A DNA stretch of 64,000 nucleotides from positions 15,795-79,794 of the forward strand of contig JAHZGC010000015.1 in NCBI GenBank assembly GCA_019421015.1. Reading direction: 5' to 3'. The notes under the pieces were generated by a model. The model was not told the DNA's origin, did no database searches, and saw only the letters and a program-made list of their open reading frames with translations. The position numbers and the translations under genes are program-made. Positions within the stretch are counted from its first letter, which is position 1; the number at the start of each line of letters is the position of its first letter. The stretch comes from Coriobacteriaceae bacterium (GTDB taxonomy: Bacteria > Actinomycetota > Coriobacteriia > Coriobacteriales > UMGS124). Positions 15,186 to 24,910 of this stretch are shown here, in pieces.

Positions 15186-15860
15186 TTGGAGACGCAGACC
15201 TTGGAGACCCCGGCTGTGGTGGTGGCGATCTTTTTGGCCGCGGTCTTTGGCTATTTGGTCTTGGGCTGGGAAGACGGCGTCTACGTGGTGGCTTCGGCCC
15301 GATCGGCGCTCGACTGCCTGTGGTGGGTCGTGCTGTGCTTTGTGGTCCAGCGCGAGAAGCTCCCTGCGGTGACAGCTTTTTTGCTGTGGGGCTGCGCCAC
15401 CTGGGCCCTCCAGTGGCTTGTGTGCTACTGGGTCCTTCCACGCCTTCTGTTCGATGGAGCCTGGGGCGTCTCGCCGTGGGGCGTGGTCGTGGGCGTGCTC
15501 TTGCTGCTGGTCTGTGCGCTGCTGGCCCTGTGCGCCGTGCTGTTGGCCGTTCGGTGACGCGGGGTGTCGGCTGCGGGGCGCGGGACGGCCGGAGATGAAG
15601 GGCGCGACGCGTGGGGAGAGGCTGCCGGTTCCCCCGTTGACCGGGGAGTGTCGGCCGAGCAGCGTCTCGTGGAGGGCTATGGCCTCACCGAGCGGGAGGC
15701 CCAGGTGGCGGTGCTGTTCGCCGAGGGCTTTAGCCTCGGGGCGGTGGCCGAGCGGTTGGGCATGGGCAAAAGCACGGCCCAGAGCCACAGCAAGGCCATC
15801 TACCGCAAATGCGCGATCCACACTAAAGACGAACTCATTGCCATCGTGCGGGGGACGTAG
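15186..15860 (+). pseudogene. Short 4-TM LuxR-type regulator interrupted by a single in-frame TGA (either split into a 123-aa membrane part and a 98-aa HTH part, or recoded)
   Basis: ORFs 15186..15557 and 15564..15860 share one reading frame and are separated only by TGA at 15555-15557 plus two sense codons. The first part has a TTG start after GGGGGAGGAAG and is hydrophobic. The second part carries YGLTEREAQVAVLFAEGFSLGAVAERLGMGKSTAQSHSKAIYRKCAIHTKDEL (LuxR HTH). Confidence 0.6.
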
Positions 15861-15943
15861 GGGCATGCCTTGCTCGAAAGGCTTGACGAGGCTGCGGCCC
15901 CCGACCTTTCCCGTGCGAGAGGTCGGGGGCTCGGCCGTGCTGG

Positions 15944-17467
15944 CTAGCGGCTGGCCGCCTGCTCGCCGGCGATGCGCCCGAAGATCAGGCAGTCGGCCAC
16001 CGACGTGCCGCTGCCGGGGTACTCGCCGTAGATGCCGCAGGACGAGCGGCCGGCGGCATAGAGGCCGGCGATGGGGTTGCCGTCCAGGTCGAGGACCTCG
16101 GCGTTGGCGTTGATACGCAGGCCGCCCAGGGTGTGGAAGCCGGGGATGACGGGGCCGTAGTCAAAGGCATAGAACGGGGCCGTGCGCACACCGGTGCCCA
16201 GGTACACGCTGTCCTTGCCCCAGTCGGAGTCGGTGCCTTCGTCGCACAGCTGGTTGTAGCGCTCTACCGTGTTGGCGACGTTGGAGACCGGGAGCCCAAC
16301 CGCCTCGCACAGCTCTTCGAGGGTATCCGCCTCGGCTGCGATGGTCAGGCGGCTGTCGTAGCCCTCCTCCTGCAGCTTGGCCCAGGTTGTGGCGTCTATG
16401 ATGGCGTAGGTGTTGTCGATAAGCTGGGTGGTTGTCGCGCGGCCGACCCAGGCGCCGTACCAGTCTTCGGCGGCGAAGCGCAGGCCGTTCCAGTTCACCA
16501 GCACGCCTTCGGGCAGCGAGCCGAGTGCGTAGAGGTTCTCCGAGACGTTCATGCGCGACATTGAGCGCGTGGCGGCGCCCAGTTTCATGGCCATGAGGAT
16601 GCCGTCGCCCGTGTCGGTGGGGGTGCCCACGCGGCCGCGGCACAGAAGGCCCTCGGGGGCATAGTTGGCGAGCATCTCGTCGTTGTAGCAGAAGCCTCCG
16701 GCGGCGATAACCACGCCCTTGCGGGCCTCGACGGCCACGGTGTTGCCGTCGGTGTCGATCGCCAGGACGCCCGTCACGGCTCCGTTCTCGTCGCATACTA
16801 GCTCGGTGGCGCGGGTGTTGTAGAGTGCCTTGCCGCCCTCGACCACCCTGGACTCGAGGGCGTCGCAGATGGCGGCGCCGCCGCCGTTGGGGGTGTGGCC
16901 GCGCGGGGCCGGCTCGGCGATGGCGGCATAGGGGATGGCGCGCTCGTTGCCCGAGTAGGTGAGGCATACGCCCTCGGGGGCGATGACCACGTGCCTCTCG
17001 ATCTCCGCGTCGCCCTCGAACGTGATGCCCTTCTCAACGAGCCAGTCGAACAGGTCGAGGTTGTTAGCGCAGAACACATCGAGTAGCTCGGGGTCCGAGC
17101 TCGGGCCCAGGGCCGCGTTCAGGTAGGCCTTCATGGCGTCGGTTGAGTCCTTGACCCCAAAGCGTTCTTGGACGGGCGTGCCTCCTCCCAAATATACCAG
17201 GCCGCCGCATATGCGCGTCGAGCCGCCGCCCTGCTCGTTGCACTCGATGGCGATGACCGAGGCCCCCTTGTCGAGGGCGGCCACGGCGGCGGCGTCGCCG
17301 GCACCGCCGAGTCCGATGACCACGACGTCGGCGCTGTCGTCCCACGTTACGTCGGTGCTTGCGGCCGCGTGGGCTTGCGGGATGGCTGCGAGGGCGCAGG
17401 CGGCGGCTCCTGCGCCTGCGCTGGAGATGAACGAGCGGCGGGAAACTGCCATAGGCTTAGATGACAT
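15944..17467 (-). CDS. Tat-signal FAD-dependent flavoprotein reductase (fumarate-reductase / KstD-like family, no FMN_bind domain)
   Basis: ORF 15944..17623, with the start trimmed to ATG 17467 (CAGGAGGAA upstream). MSSKPMAVSRRSFISSAGAGAAACALAA signal. DVVVIGLGGAGDAAAVAALDKG FAD motif. C-terminal GLYAAGRSSCGIYGEYPGSGTS. Confidence 0.85.
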   Translation of the reverse strand: MSSKPMAVSRRSFISSAGAGAAACALAAIPQAHAAASTDVTWDDSADVVVIGLGGAGDAAAVAALDKGASVIAIECNEQGGGSTRICGGLVYLGGGTPVQERFGVKDSTDAMKAYLNAALGPSSDPELLDVFCANNLDLFDWLVEKGITFEGDAEIERHVVIAPEGVCLTYSGNERAIPYAAIAEPAPRGHTPNGGGAAICDALESRVVEGGKALYNTRATELVCDENGAVTGVLAIDTDGNTVAVEARKGVVIAAGGFCYNDEMLANYAPEGLLCRGRVGTPTDTGDGILMAMKLGAATRSMSRMNVSENLYALGSLPEGVLVNWNGLRFAAEDWYGAWVGRATTTQLIDNTYAIIDATTWAKLQEEGYDSRLTIAAEADTLEELCEAVGLPVSNVANTVERYNQLCDEGTDSDWGKDSVYLGTGVRTAPFYAFDYGPVIPGFHTLGGLRINANAEVLDLDGNPIAGLYAAGRSSCGIYGEYPGSGTSVADCLIFGRIAGEQAASR

Positions 17468-17802
17468 AGGTGCGTTCCTCCTGTTTGTACGGGTCTGTGC
17501 GAATCGTCGCAGGCGTGTGCCTACGGTCGATCGGTTGACTGGGCGTAATCTGACCAATGTGGTTCGAAAGAGAGGGGTCGATATTTTCTTCGGGTATACC
17601 GGGTCTAACGTCCGCTGCGGCATGCCCTACGGTACTATGGTCTTGCTGCGCGCCGCAATCGTCCGCACTCGTTTTTGCACGCTCACCCGGACGTGTCTTT
17701 ACGGCGTTGCCTGCAGATGAGGGGCTCATCCAAACGGATGACCCCGCTTGGCCGTGGGGTTTGTGCCGGGCGGGTGAGGGATAATAGGGACGAGACAGCT
17801 GG

Positions 17803-19182
17803 ATGGGGGCGTGCATGCCGGTGACCACCGAACGTGGATGGCGTTTGCTGCCCGAGCGAAACATGGCATGGGCACTGGGCGTTTCTCCACTGCTGATCTG
17901 TGTGTTCCAGTTTCTCTTTTATACTCCCAGCTCGGTCGAGGCGGCCAAGTCGGCGCTGCTGTACGGTGCCGCCCTGGTGGGATCTATTGCGGGCTGTTTG
18001 GTATGCATGGTGGCGGCACGCAGGGGAGGGGGACGAAGCCGGGCTCTTGCGGTTGGTTTTGGCTGTATGCTTGAGGCCGCATGGATCATCCTGTTGGTGG
18101 ACTATCGAACCCAAGGATTGCCGACGTGCATCGCATCGTTCTTCGTGGGTGCGTCGGCAGTGGGCCTGCTCGTGCTGTGGGCGTGCGTGGACCGTTCAAA
18201 GAGCCCTCGTTGCGAGTTGGCTCAGTGTGCTCTGGCGGTCGCGGTCGCCTTTGCCATGCAGATGGTGTTTAACGGGGCGCTCAATTTGTCGTTTTTGAGT
18301 CACGCGTGCACCGTGCTGACGACGGCGCTCCTGGTCGTGTTTCAAACAAAGCTCCGAGACGACCCGGGCGCGGACGACATGCGTAAACAAAGGGCCGGTG
18401 ATGCCCGGTATTGCTTAAAGAGTTCTTCTTGGCTGGTCAGCATCGTCGTTGTGGGTGTCCTCGGTGCGGGTTTGGCCGTGCTGGGGCACGGAGGCCACCA
18501 TATCGAATATGCCGCGGGGCTGTTGTGCGTCATGAGTGCCGTCCCCCTTTTTGCACGAGGAGAACAATCCTTCCCGCTGCTTGGCGTAGAGGCGCTCCCG
18601 GCCTCCATGGTGGCGCTGTGCGCGGCGGCCCTGCTCGACAGCATGCTCCCCTTCGTGCTTTACATGGCGGCGGTGTGCCTGTTCTTGATGTGGACGGTGC
18701 TGCACGATCGCGTAGAAGGGCAGATGCTTGCGGCCGCAGACCTGGGGGAGACGGCCCGCAGCGTGCTGTGGGTTACGGTCGCACTGGCGGTGGGGTTTGC
18801 GGCGGCGTGCTGTGCCTTGCGGGCGAGCGACTGCACGATGGTGCAGGCGTGTATGGTGCTTGTCGCGTTGCTCGCCGTGGCCGGCTATGCCTGGCTTACC
18901 GTGCTGTTTGTGTTTGACGACCGGGTGCACGGCGATAGGGCGTCCGTCGAGGGGGACGTGAAAGGGGCGTTTGCGGCATGGGGGTTTTCTCCTCGTGAGG
19001 CCCAGGTGGGCCAACTGCTTTATGAGGGGCATAGCCTCGACGAGATTTGCCGTGCGCTTGACATGGCCGAGGGGACGGCTAAAACCCACGTGCGCCACAT
19101 CTACGAGAAGAGCGGGACACACAGCAAGGTGGAGCTCCATATAGCCGTGAACAAGAGGCTGGGCAGCCCCGACCGCGCGTGA
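17803..19182 (+). CDS. Membrane-anchored LuxR-family transcriptional regulator
   Basis: Hydrophobic N-terminal ~380 aa. C-terminal GFSPREAQVGQLLYEGHSLDEICRALDMAEGTAKTHVRHIYEKSGTHSKVEL. Divergent from flavoprotein 15944-17467. The exact start is uncertain (alternative ATGs at 17815 and 17863). Confidence 0.8.
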   Translation: MGACMPVTTERGWRLLPERNMAWALGVSPLLICVFQFLFYTPSSVEAAKSALLYGAALVGSIAGCLVCMVAARRGGGRSRALAVGFGCMLEAAWIILLVDYRTQGLPTCIASFFVGASAVGLLVLWACVDRSKSPRCELAQCALAVAVAFAMQMVFNGALNLSFLSHACTVLTTALLVVFQTKLRDDPGADDMRKQRAGDARYCLKSSSWLVSIVVVGVLGAGLAVLGHGGHHIEYAAGLLCVMSAVPLFARGEQSFPLLGVEALPASMVALCAAALLDSMLPFVLYMAAVCLFLMWTVLHDRVEGQMLAAADLGETARSVLWVTVALAVGFAAACCALRASDCTMVQACMVLVALLAVAGYAWLTVLFVFDDRVHGDRASVEGDVKGAFAAWGFSPREAQVGQLLYEGHSLDEICRALDMAEGTAKTHVRHIYEKSGTHSKVELHIAVNKRLGSPDRA

Positions 19183-19202
19183 CCCTCTCGTCTACCGCGC
19201 CC

Positions 19203-20786
19203 CTATGCTCCCAGATCCTCCACCATGTCGAGCAGCCCCTGGCGATTGCGGACGCCCATCTTTTGGTAGATGTGCCGCGTGTGGGTGCTTACCGTGCCCT
19301 GCGAGATGTGCAGCTCCTCCTGGATGCGGGCTATGGTGCGTCCTTTGATGATGAGCGGCAGCACCTCGGCCTCGCGCGGGGTGAGCCCGTAGCGCCCTGC
19401 GAGCAGGCTGGCCACGGCGGCGGTGCGGTCCTCGCGCGGCGCGGACGTCCCGTCCCCTCTTTCGGCGGTGTCGGGCTCGCGGTAACCCTCTGCGCTCCCG
19501 CCCTCTTCGTCGGTCATCTCGCCGAGGCTCGTCTCGGTCAGGTCCTTCTCGGTGAAGAGAAAGAGGTTTGCGACCACGATGATTAAGGTGAGCACCAGGG
19601 CAACGACGTTCAGATGGGCCACGCCCATCCCCATGACGTCTACAAGCAGATGGCCCAGGCCGTTGCCGGCCAGCTCCCCGGCGTACAGGGCGCAGAAGGC
19701 AAGGCCAAAGGTGCGCGTCGCATATTGGTCGAAGTAGTTGCTGATGTCGATGCACACCGCGCTCAGGACCACGGCGAAGGCCGTGTACGCCCCAAAGACG
19801 ACCACGTTCGAGTAGATGAACGAGCCTCCGAACACGAAGGGCGTCATGAGGCAGCCCACGGCCATGAGCAGGGTGGTCGCCCGGTAGGCGTAGGTCACAA
19901 AGCCGTGTTTGCAAAAATGGGCCACGGCGAGGGCCACGGCAACGACGGCCACGACGCCCAGGGCGAGCAGGACCTCGTAGTGCTGGGGCACAGGAACGAA
20001 CTTGAACCCCGTGAGCACGTCTGAAAAGCCCGCCACCAGGCCAAACAGTGCGCAGGCCGCCAGGCCGCGGGCGAACATGCGCCGGGTGCGCCGCATGAGC
20101 CCGTGGGGGCGCGCAGGACGGGGCCGCTCCGGTCGGTGGAAGGCGGCCCGACGCAAGAGCCATCCCGAGGCGCCCACGCCGAGCAGCACCGCCACGCTTG
20201 CGGCCAGCGGGGGTACCAGCGAGAGCACGATGTCGAGCGCGGCCGCCGCCATCCAGGCGAGCGATATCTCGGCCATGGCGCGGCGGGCCCCCACATCGCT
20301 GTAGAGGCGTCCCCAGCCCAAAAAGAGCGTGCCCGAAGCGAGGCCGGTGCCCACGGCACTCACCACGATGAGCACCGCGCTCAGGCCCTCGATGGAGTTC
20401 ACGAACAGAAGCAGCGACGTGGAGGCCACCAGGGCCGCGGTGGCGCCTGCGATGACGTTGCGCGAGAGCACCCGCTTGTCAGAGTTGCGCACGGCAAAGG
20501 AGAAGGACCCCAGCGCCACGGCGAGCAGGGCCAGGGAGAGCATCTGGTCAAAGTAGAGCACCGGCCGTGTCTCCCCCTCGGCCGAAAGAAAGAAGAACGT
20601 GTTGTAGAAGATGGCGCACAGCCACAGGTTGTACAGCGCGTAGCCCGCGATGCGCAGGGCCGAGAGCGGCCGGGGTGTGGCAGGTCCCGCCTCGCCGCCG
20701 CGCGTCTGCAGGACGTCGGCCGACGGCGTGCTGCGGTTTTTTTCGGCCATGGCGGCGACGCTGCGGCGCACTCCTGCGATGCCCAT
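19203..20786 (-). CDS. Membrane-anchored LuxR-family transcriptional regulator
   Basis: ORF 19203..20819. ATG 20786 is preferred as the start (GGGAGAGAGGGAA upstream). Multi-TM body. C-terminal YGLTPREAEVLPLIIKGRTIARIQEELHISQGTVSTHTRHIYQKMGVRNRQGL. Divergent from the 21236 operon. Confidence 0.8.
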   Translation of the reverse strand: MGIAGVRRSVAAMAEKNRSTPSADVLQTRGGEAGPATPRPLSALRIAGYALYNLWLCAIFYNTFFFLSAEGETRPVLYFDQMLSLALLAVALGSFSFAVRNSDKRVLSRNVIAGATAALVASTSLLLFVNSIEGLSAVLIVVSAVGTGLASGTLFLGWGRLYSDVGARRAMAEISLAWMAAAALDIVLSLVPPLAASVAVLLGVGASGWLLRRAAFHRPERPRPARPHGLMRRTRRMFARGLAACALFGLVAGFSDVLTGFKFVPVPQHYEVLLALGVVAVVAVALAVAHFCKHGFVTYAYRATTLLMAVGCLMTPFVFGGSFIYSNVVVFGAYTAFAVVLSAVCIDISNYFDQYATRTFGLAFCALYAGELAGNGLGHLLVDVMGMGVAHLNVVALVLTLIIVVANLFLFTEKDLTETSLGEMTDEEGGSAEGYREPDTAERGDGTSAPREDRTAAVASLLAGRYGLTPREAEVLPLIIKGRTIARIQEELHISQGTVSTHTRHIYQKMGVRNRQGLLDMVEDLGA

Positions 20787-20963
20787 GCGGTTCCCTCTCT
20801 CCCGTGATGGGGCAAGCATACCTCATAGGGGCCGCCCGTTTCTCCCGGCGGCCGTGCAAAGGTGTCGCAACTTTTTATGATAGGTGCCCGGCGCGTGCCG
20901 CACGGGGGGCTCGCCTGCGGTGCGTCTGCCAGAACGGCGGGGCGGCCCCTGTGGGGTGCCCGG

Positions 20964-21005
20964 GACGCTTAATAGATAAAAAACAAGGCGTTTACCTGCG
21001 TCGAT
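20964..21005 (+). promoter_or_regulatory. Candidate promoter/operator box upstream of the 21236 operon (site 4)
   Basis: GACGCTTAAT..GGCGTTTACCTGCGTCGAT in an A+T-rich patch, about 236 nt upstream of the ATG. It carries TTTACCTGCG in gene-sense orientation plus a GACGCTTA block, as in sites 1 and 2. Confidence 0.35.
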
Positions 21006-21235
21006 TCAGGTCAATCAGAATAATTTACGATGTCTTTCTCGTGCCTTTATCACGCTTCTTCATGACTTCAAAACTTCCGCTCATAACTCTCGGAGATGTG
21101 CGGCGGCCCCCGGGCCGGCAAACTGTGGAACCAGCGTCGCGATGCCGCCCGCAGGTGCCCGGAATCACCGGGGCGGCCGTGACGCCCCCGATTTACACGA
21201 GCACCACCTACGAGAAGGAAGAGAGAGGAGAGGGA

Positions 21236-24217
21236 ATGGGACGACTGAATCTCACGCGTCGAGACTTCGTCAAGGCCGCCGCCGTCACCGCCGCCGCTGC
21301 TGCGTTTGCAGGTGGCACAACGGCTGCCCTGGCCGAGGTCGAGCACGCTGAGACCATCACGACCATCATGGACACCGACACGATCGCCGTTAAGACCTGC
21401 TGCCGCGGCTGCGGCAAGATGGAGTGCGGCGTGAAGGTCATCGTCAAGGACGGCCGTGCCATCCGCGTGGAGGGCGACGAGGGCGCCTACCAGTCGATGG
21501 GCAACTGCTGCACCAAGAGCCAGTCCTCCATCCAGGCCGCCTACCACCCCGACCGCCTGCTCTACCCCATGAAGCGCACCAACCCCAAGGGCGACAACGA
21601 CCCGGGCTGGGTCCGTATCAGCTGGGACGAGGCCATCGACACCATCTGCACCAAGATGAAGGAGATCCAGGACCAGTACGGCGGAGAGGCCATCGCGCTG
21701 GAGGTCGGTACCTCGCGCATCTGGTGCATGCATGCCGAGTCCTGCCTCAAGATCCTGTTCAACACCCCCAACAACCTGGAGGCTTGGCAGATCTGCAAGG
21801 GCCCGCGCCACTTTGCCACCTCGAACTACGCCGACTCCTGCCGCACCACCGTCGACGTGGCCACCCGCGCCGACGTGCACATCTCGGTCGACCCGCGCCA
21901 GGCCAACCTGGGCAAGGAGGCCGACTACTGGCAGTCGCTGCGCACCGGCACCGACGGCGCCCTGGCCCTGGCCTGGACCAACGTCATCATCGAGAACGGC
22001 CTGATCGACGAGCTCTACACCAAGAAGTGGACCAACGCCCCGTTCCTGGTGTGCGAGGACATCGAGCCGAGCGGCTTCCCGGTGAACCTGAACGACGGCT
22101 CCTACTACGACCTCAAGACCCGCCTGCTCAAGGAGTCCGACGTCGTCGAGGGCGGCTCTCCCTACAAGTTCTTTGTGCACGACGACAACTGGGAGGCCCT
22201 CAAGGCCGACGGCATCGAGCACCAGTACGGCGAGTTCACCTGGTTCAACGCCGACCAGGAGGGCGTCATCGACAACACCGGCGGCTTCTGGGAGGGCGAG
22301 AACTACGACTCCATGAGGGCGCGCGAGGGCAAGGAGGCCAACCAGGCCAACCTGCTCAAGGGCCAGACCCAGGGCCACGTGCCGGATCTGATGCCCTTTG
22401 ACCCGGCCATCGACCCCGCCCTCACCGGCGAGTTCGAGATCGAGCTCAAGGACGGCAAGAAGCACAAGGTGCGCCCGGTCTGGGAGTACTACCGCGAGCG
22501 CGCCGCCGAGTTCTCGCCCGAGATCGCGGCCGAGATCACCGGCATCCCCGCCGAGGAGATCGTCGCCGCGGCCACGGCCTATGGCACCCGCATCGACCCG
22601 GAGACCGGCTACGGCAACGGCGGCATCCAGTACATGCTCGCCATCGAGCACGCCTGTAACGCCATCCAGAACTGCCGCGCCCTCGACAACCTCACGGGCA
22701 TCACGGGCAACATCGACATCCCCGGCGGCAACCGCTCCACCACCATCGTCCCGATCGACGGCGACCTGCAGGGCTTCGGCGCCTGGGTCCCCGGCGCTTC
22801 TCAGCCGGCCCCCGAGGTCAACGCCAAGCAGCTCGGCCGCGAGCCCTTCCCCGTGCTCGGCTGGTGGGGCAACTGGGCCGACATGAACACCACGTTCAAC
22901 GCGATGCTCACCGGCGAGCCCTACCCCGTGCGCGCCCTGTGGAACGAGTCGGGCAACTTCATGTGCGCCTGCAACTCGACCTTTGCCTGGGAGGCCCTGA
23001 ACTCGCTCGACTTCATGGTCGACCTGAACCTGTGGCACGCTCCCTCCACCGATGCGGCCGACATCATCCTGCCCGTCGCCCACTGGATCGAGCTCTCGAG
23101 CCCGCGCGCCAGCCAGGGCTCGGCCGGCGCCATGGGCGCCACCGTCAAGTGCGTGGAGCCGCCGGCGGAGGCCCTGTACGACCCCGAGATCGTCATGAAG
23201 GTCTACGAGGGCATGGGCGTGCCCTGGACCAACGAGGAGGGCAACGAGTGGCCCGACATCAACTGGCAGCTCGACGACTCCATCAAGCTCTTCTCCGACG
23301 AGGAGTACATCAAGCAGTACTGGACCGTTGAGAACGGCCAGGTCGTGAACGTGGAGCAGAAGGGCAAGCCCTTCAGCGAGCTCAAGCCCAAGTACGAGCA
23401 CTGGGCCGACTACGTGCGCGACTTCCAGAACAACGGCTGGTGGCAGGCCAAGGATGTGGAGCCCGAGATGTGGGGCACCTACCGTCGCTACCAGACCGGC
23501 GGCTTCCGCGGCCGCGACAAGCTCTGGGCCCGTCTGGACTGCACCTCCGGCCTGCCCGGCGTGGGCGACTGGAAGCCCGGCTTCTTCACGCCCACGATGA
23601 AGCAGGAGATCTGGTCCACGGTCATGGAGACCTACATGCCCGACCACCCCGAGTGGGTGCTGCCCAGCTGGGAGGAGGGCCCCCACGGCCCCAACTCGGC
23701 CGACGCCGAGGAGTACCCGCTCACCTGCACCACCGGCCGCCGCATCCCGGTGTACTTCCACTCCGAGCACCGTCAGCTGCCCTGGTGCCGCGAGCTGTGG
23801 CCTGTGCCCCGCGTCGAGATCCATCCCGAGACCGCCGCTGAGTACGGCATCGAGCAGGGCGACTGGGTGTGGATCGAGACCCCCTACGGCAAGATCCGCG
23901 AGTGCGCCGACCTCTACTACGGCGTGGACCGCAAGACCATCAACTGCGAGCACACCTGGTGGTACCCGGAGGTGCAGGATTCCGGCCACGGCTTCCAGCT
24001 CTCCCAGGTCAACCAGCTCATCGACCGCAACGCCCAGGACCCGATCTCGGGCACCTCGAACCTGCGCGCCTACCAGGTGAAGATCTACAAGGCCACGCCC
24101 GAGAACTCGCCGTTCGGCAACCCCGTTCCCTGCGACTCCAACGGCGTCGAGATCATCCACGACGCCAGCGACCCGCGCCTCAAGGAATGGCTGCCCACCT
24201 ATGAAGGGAGGCTCTAA
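21236..24217 (+). CDS. Large (993 aa) Tat-signal molybdopterin oxidoreductase catalytic subunit, DMSO-reductase superfamily
   Basis: The real start is ATG 21236 (GAGAGAGGAGAGGGA upstream) inside the 1216-aa track ORF. MGRLNLTRRDFVKAAAVTAAAAAFAGG signal. Fe-S motif CCRGCGKMEC...CC. Followed by Fe-S and membrane subunits. Confidence 0.85.
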   Translation: MGRLNLTRRDFVKAAAVTAAAAAFAGGTTAALAEVEHAETITTIMDTDTIAVKTCCRGCGKMECGVKVIVKDGRAIRVEGDEGAYQSMGNCCTKSQSSIQAAYHPDRLLYPMKRTNPKGDNDPGWVRISWDEAIDTICTKMKEIQDQYGGEAIALEVGTSRIWCMHAESCLKILFNTPNNLEAWQICKGPRHFATSNYADSCRTTVDVATRADVHISVDPRQANLGKEADYWQSLRTGTDGALALAWTNVIIENGLIDELYTKKWTNAPFLVCEDIEPSGFPVNLNDGSYYDLKTRLLKESDVVEGGSPYKFFVHDDNWEALKADGIEHQYGEFTWFNADQEGVIDNTGGFWEGENYDSMRAREGKEANQANLLKGQTQGHVPDLMPFDPAIDPALTGEFEIELKDGKKHKVRPVWEYYRERAAEFSPEIAAEITGIPAEEIVAAATAYGTRIDPETGYGNGGIQYMLAIEHACNAIQNCRALDNLTGITGNIDIPGGNRSTTIVPIDGDLQGFGAWVPGASQPAPEVNAKQLGREPFPVLGWWGNWADMNTTFNAMLTGEPYPVRALWNESGNFMCACNSTFAWEALNSLDFMVDLNLWHAPSTDAADIILPVAHWIELSSPRASQGSAGAMGATVKCVEPPAEALYDPEIVMKVYEGMGVPWTNEEGNEWPDINWQLDDSIKLFSDEEYIKQYWTVENGQVVNVEQKGKPFSELKPKYEHWADYVRDFQNNGWWQAKDVEPEMWGTYRRYQTGGFRGRDKLWARLDCTSGLPGVGDWKPGFFTPTMKQEIWSTVMETYMPDHPEWVLPSWEEGPHGPNSADAEEYPLTCTTGRRIPVYFHSEHRQLPWCRELWPVPRVEIHPETAAEYGIEQGDWVWIETPYGKIRECADLYYGVDRKTINCEHTWWYPEVQDSGHGFQLSQVNQLIDRNAQDPISGTSNLRAYQVKIYKATPENSPFGNPVPCDSNGVEIIHDASDPRLKEWLPTYEGRL

Positions 24218-24220
24218 GCT

Positions 24221-24907
24221 ATGCAGAAGGCAATCATCACCGACCTCAACCGCTGCGTCGGCTGCCTGGCCTGCAGCGTCGCCTGCAAGGCCCTGAACGA
24301 AGTGCCCATCGGCCAGTTCTGGAACCGCGTGGTGCGCGTGGGACCGAACCCCGAGTTCGAGGGCGCCGACTACCCAGACGTGTACATGTACTTCCTGCCG
24401 GTCACCTGCCAGCACTGCGCCACCCCCGAGTGCACCGCGGTGTGCCCCACCGGTGCCAGCGTCAAGACCGAGGACGGCACCGTGCAGATCGACAAGGAGC
24501 TCTGCATCGGCTGCGGCGCCTGCCTCGACGCCTGCCCCTACGGCGTGCGCTACATCAACGCCGACACCAACGTGGCCGAGAAGTGCACCATGTGCGCCCA
24601 GGCGCTCTCTGAGGACGACAACGCCGTGCCCCAGTGCGTCTCTCAGTGCGGCGGCAACGCCCGCTGGGTCGGCGACATCGACGAGGGCTACGACTCCTTC
24701 GTCGGTGCCTTTGAGACCGACGGCGACATCACCGGCGAGCGTCGCCGCATGATGGAGTTCATCGAGCCCTTTACCGACGACCAGGTCTACAGGCTCCCCG
24801 ACCTGGGCAACGGCCCGCAGTGCGCCTACATCCTGCGCGGCCACAAGTGGTACGGCAACGACGGCGGCCTCGACCCGGCCCACACGGCCCAGCACCAGGG
24901 GGAGTAG
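24221..24907 (+). CDS. 4Fe-4S ferredoxin-type subunit
   Basis: CVGCLACSVACK, CQHCATPECTAVCP, CIGCGACLDACP, CTMC...C. GGGAGG RBS. Starts 4 nt after the catalytic subunit stop. Confidence 0.85.
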   Translation: MQKAIITDLNRCVGCLACSVACKALNEVPIGQFWNRVVRVGPNPEFEGADYPDVYMYFLPVTCQHCATPECTAVCPTGASVKTEDGTVQIDKELCIGCGACLDACPYGVRYINADTNVAEKCTMCAQALSEDDNAVPQCVSQCGGNARWVGDIDEGYDSFVGAFETDGDITGERRRMMEFIEPFTDDQVYRLPDLGNGPQCAYILRGHKWYGNDGGLDPAHTAQHQGE

Positions 24908-24910
24908 GCC

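Noticed and set aside
15555-15600. Selenocysteine recoding of the in-frame TGA in the small LuxR regulator
   Set aside because: No stable SECIS-like stem-loop was found immediately downstream of the TGA, and a regulator is an unlikely selenoprotein. It is kept only as an alternative to test.
20567-21235. N-terminal extensions of long track ORFs (20567..24217; likewise 33967..37443, 10383..12197, 1700..3655 and 15944..17623)
   Set aside because: The extensions are Arg/Pro/Ala-rich read-through of intergenic or antisense sequence. In each case an internal ATG or GTG with a good Shine-Dalgarno motif is followed at once by a Tat signal or a membrane segment, so the starts were trimmed.
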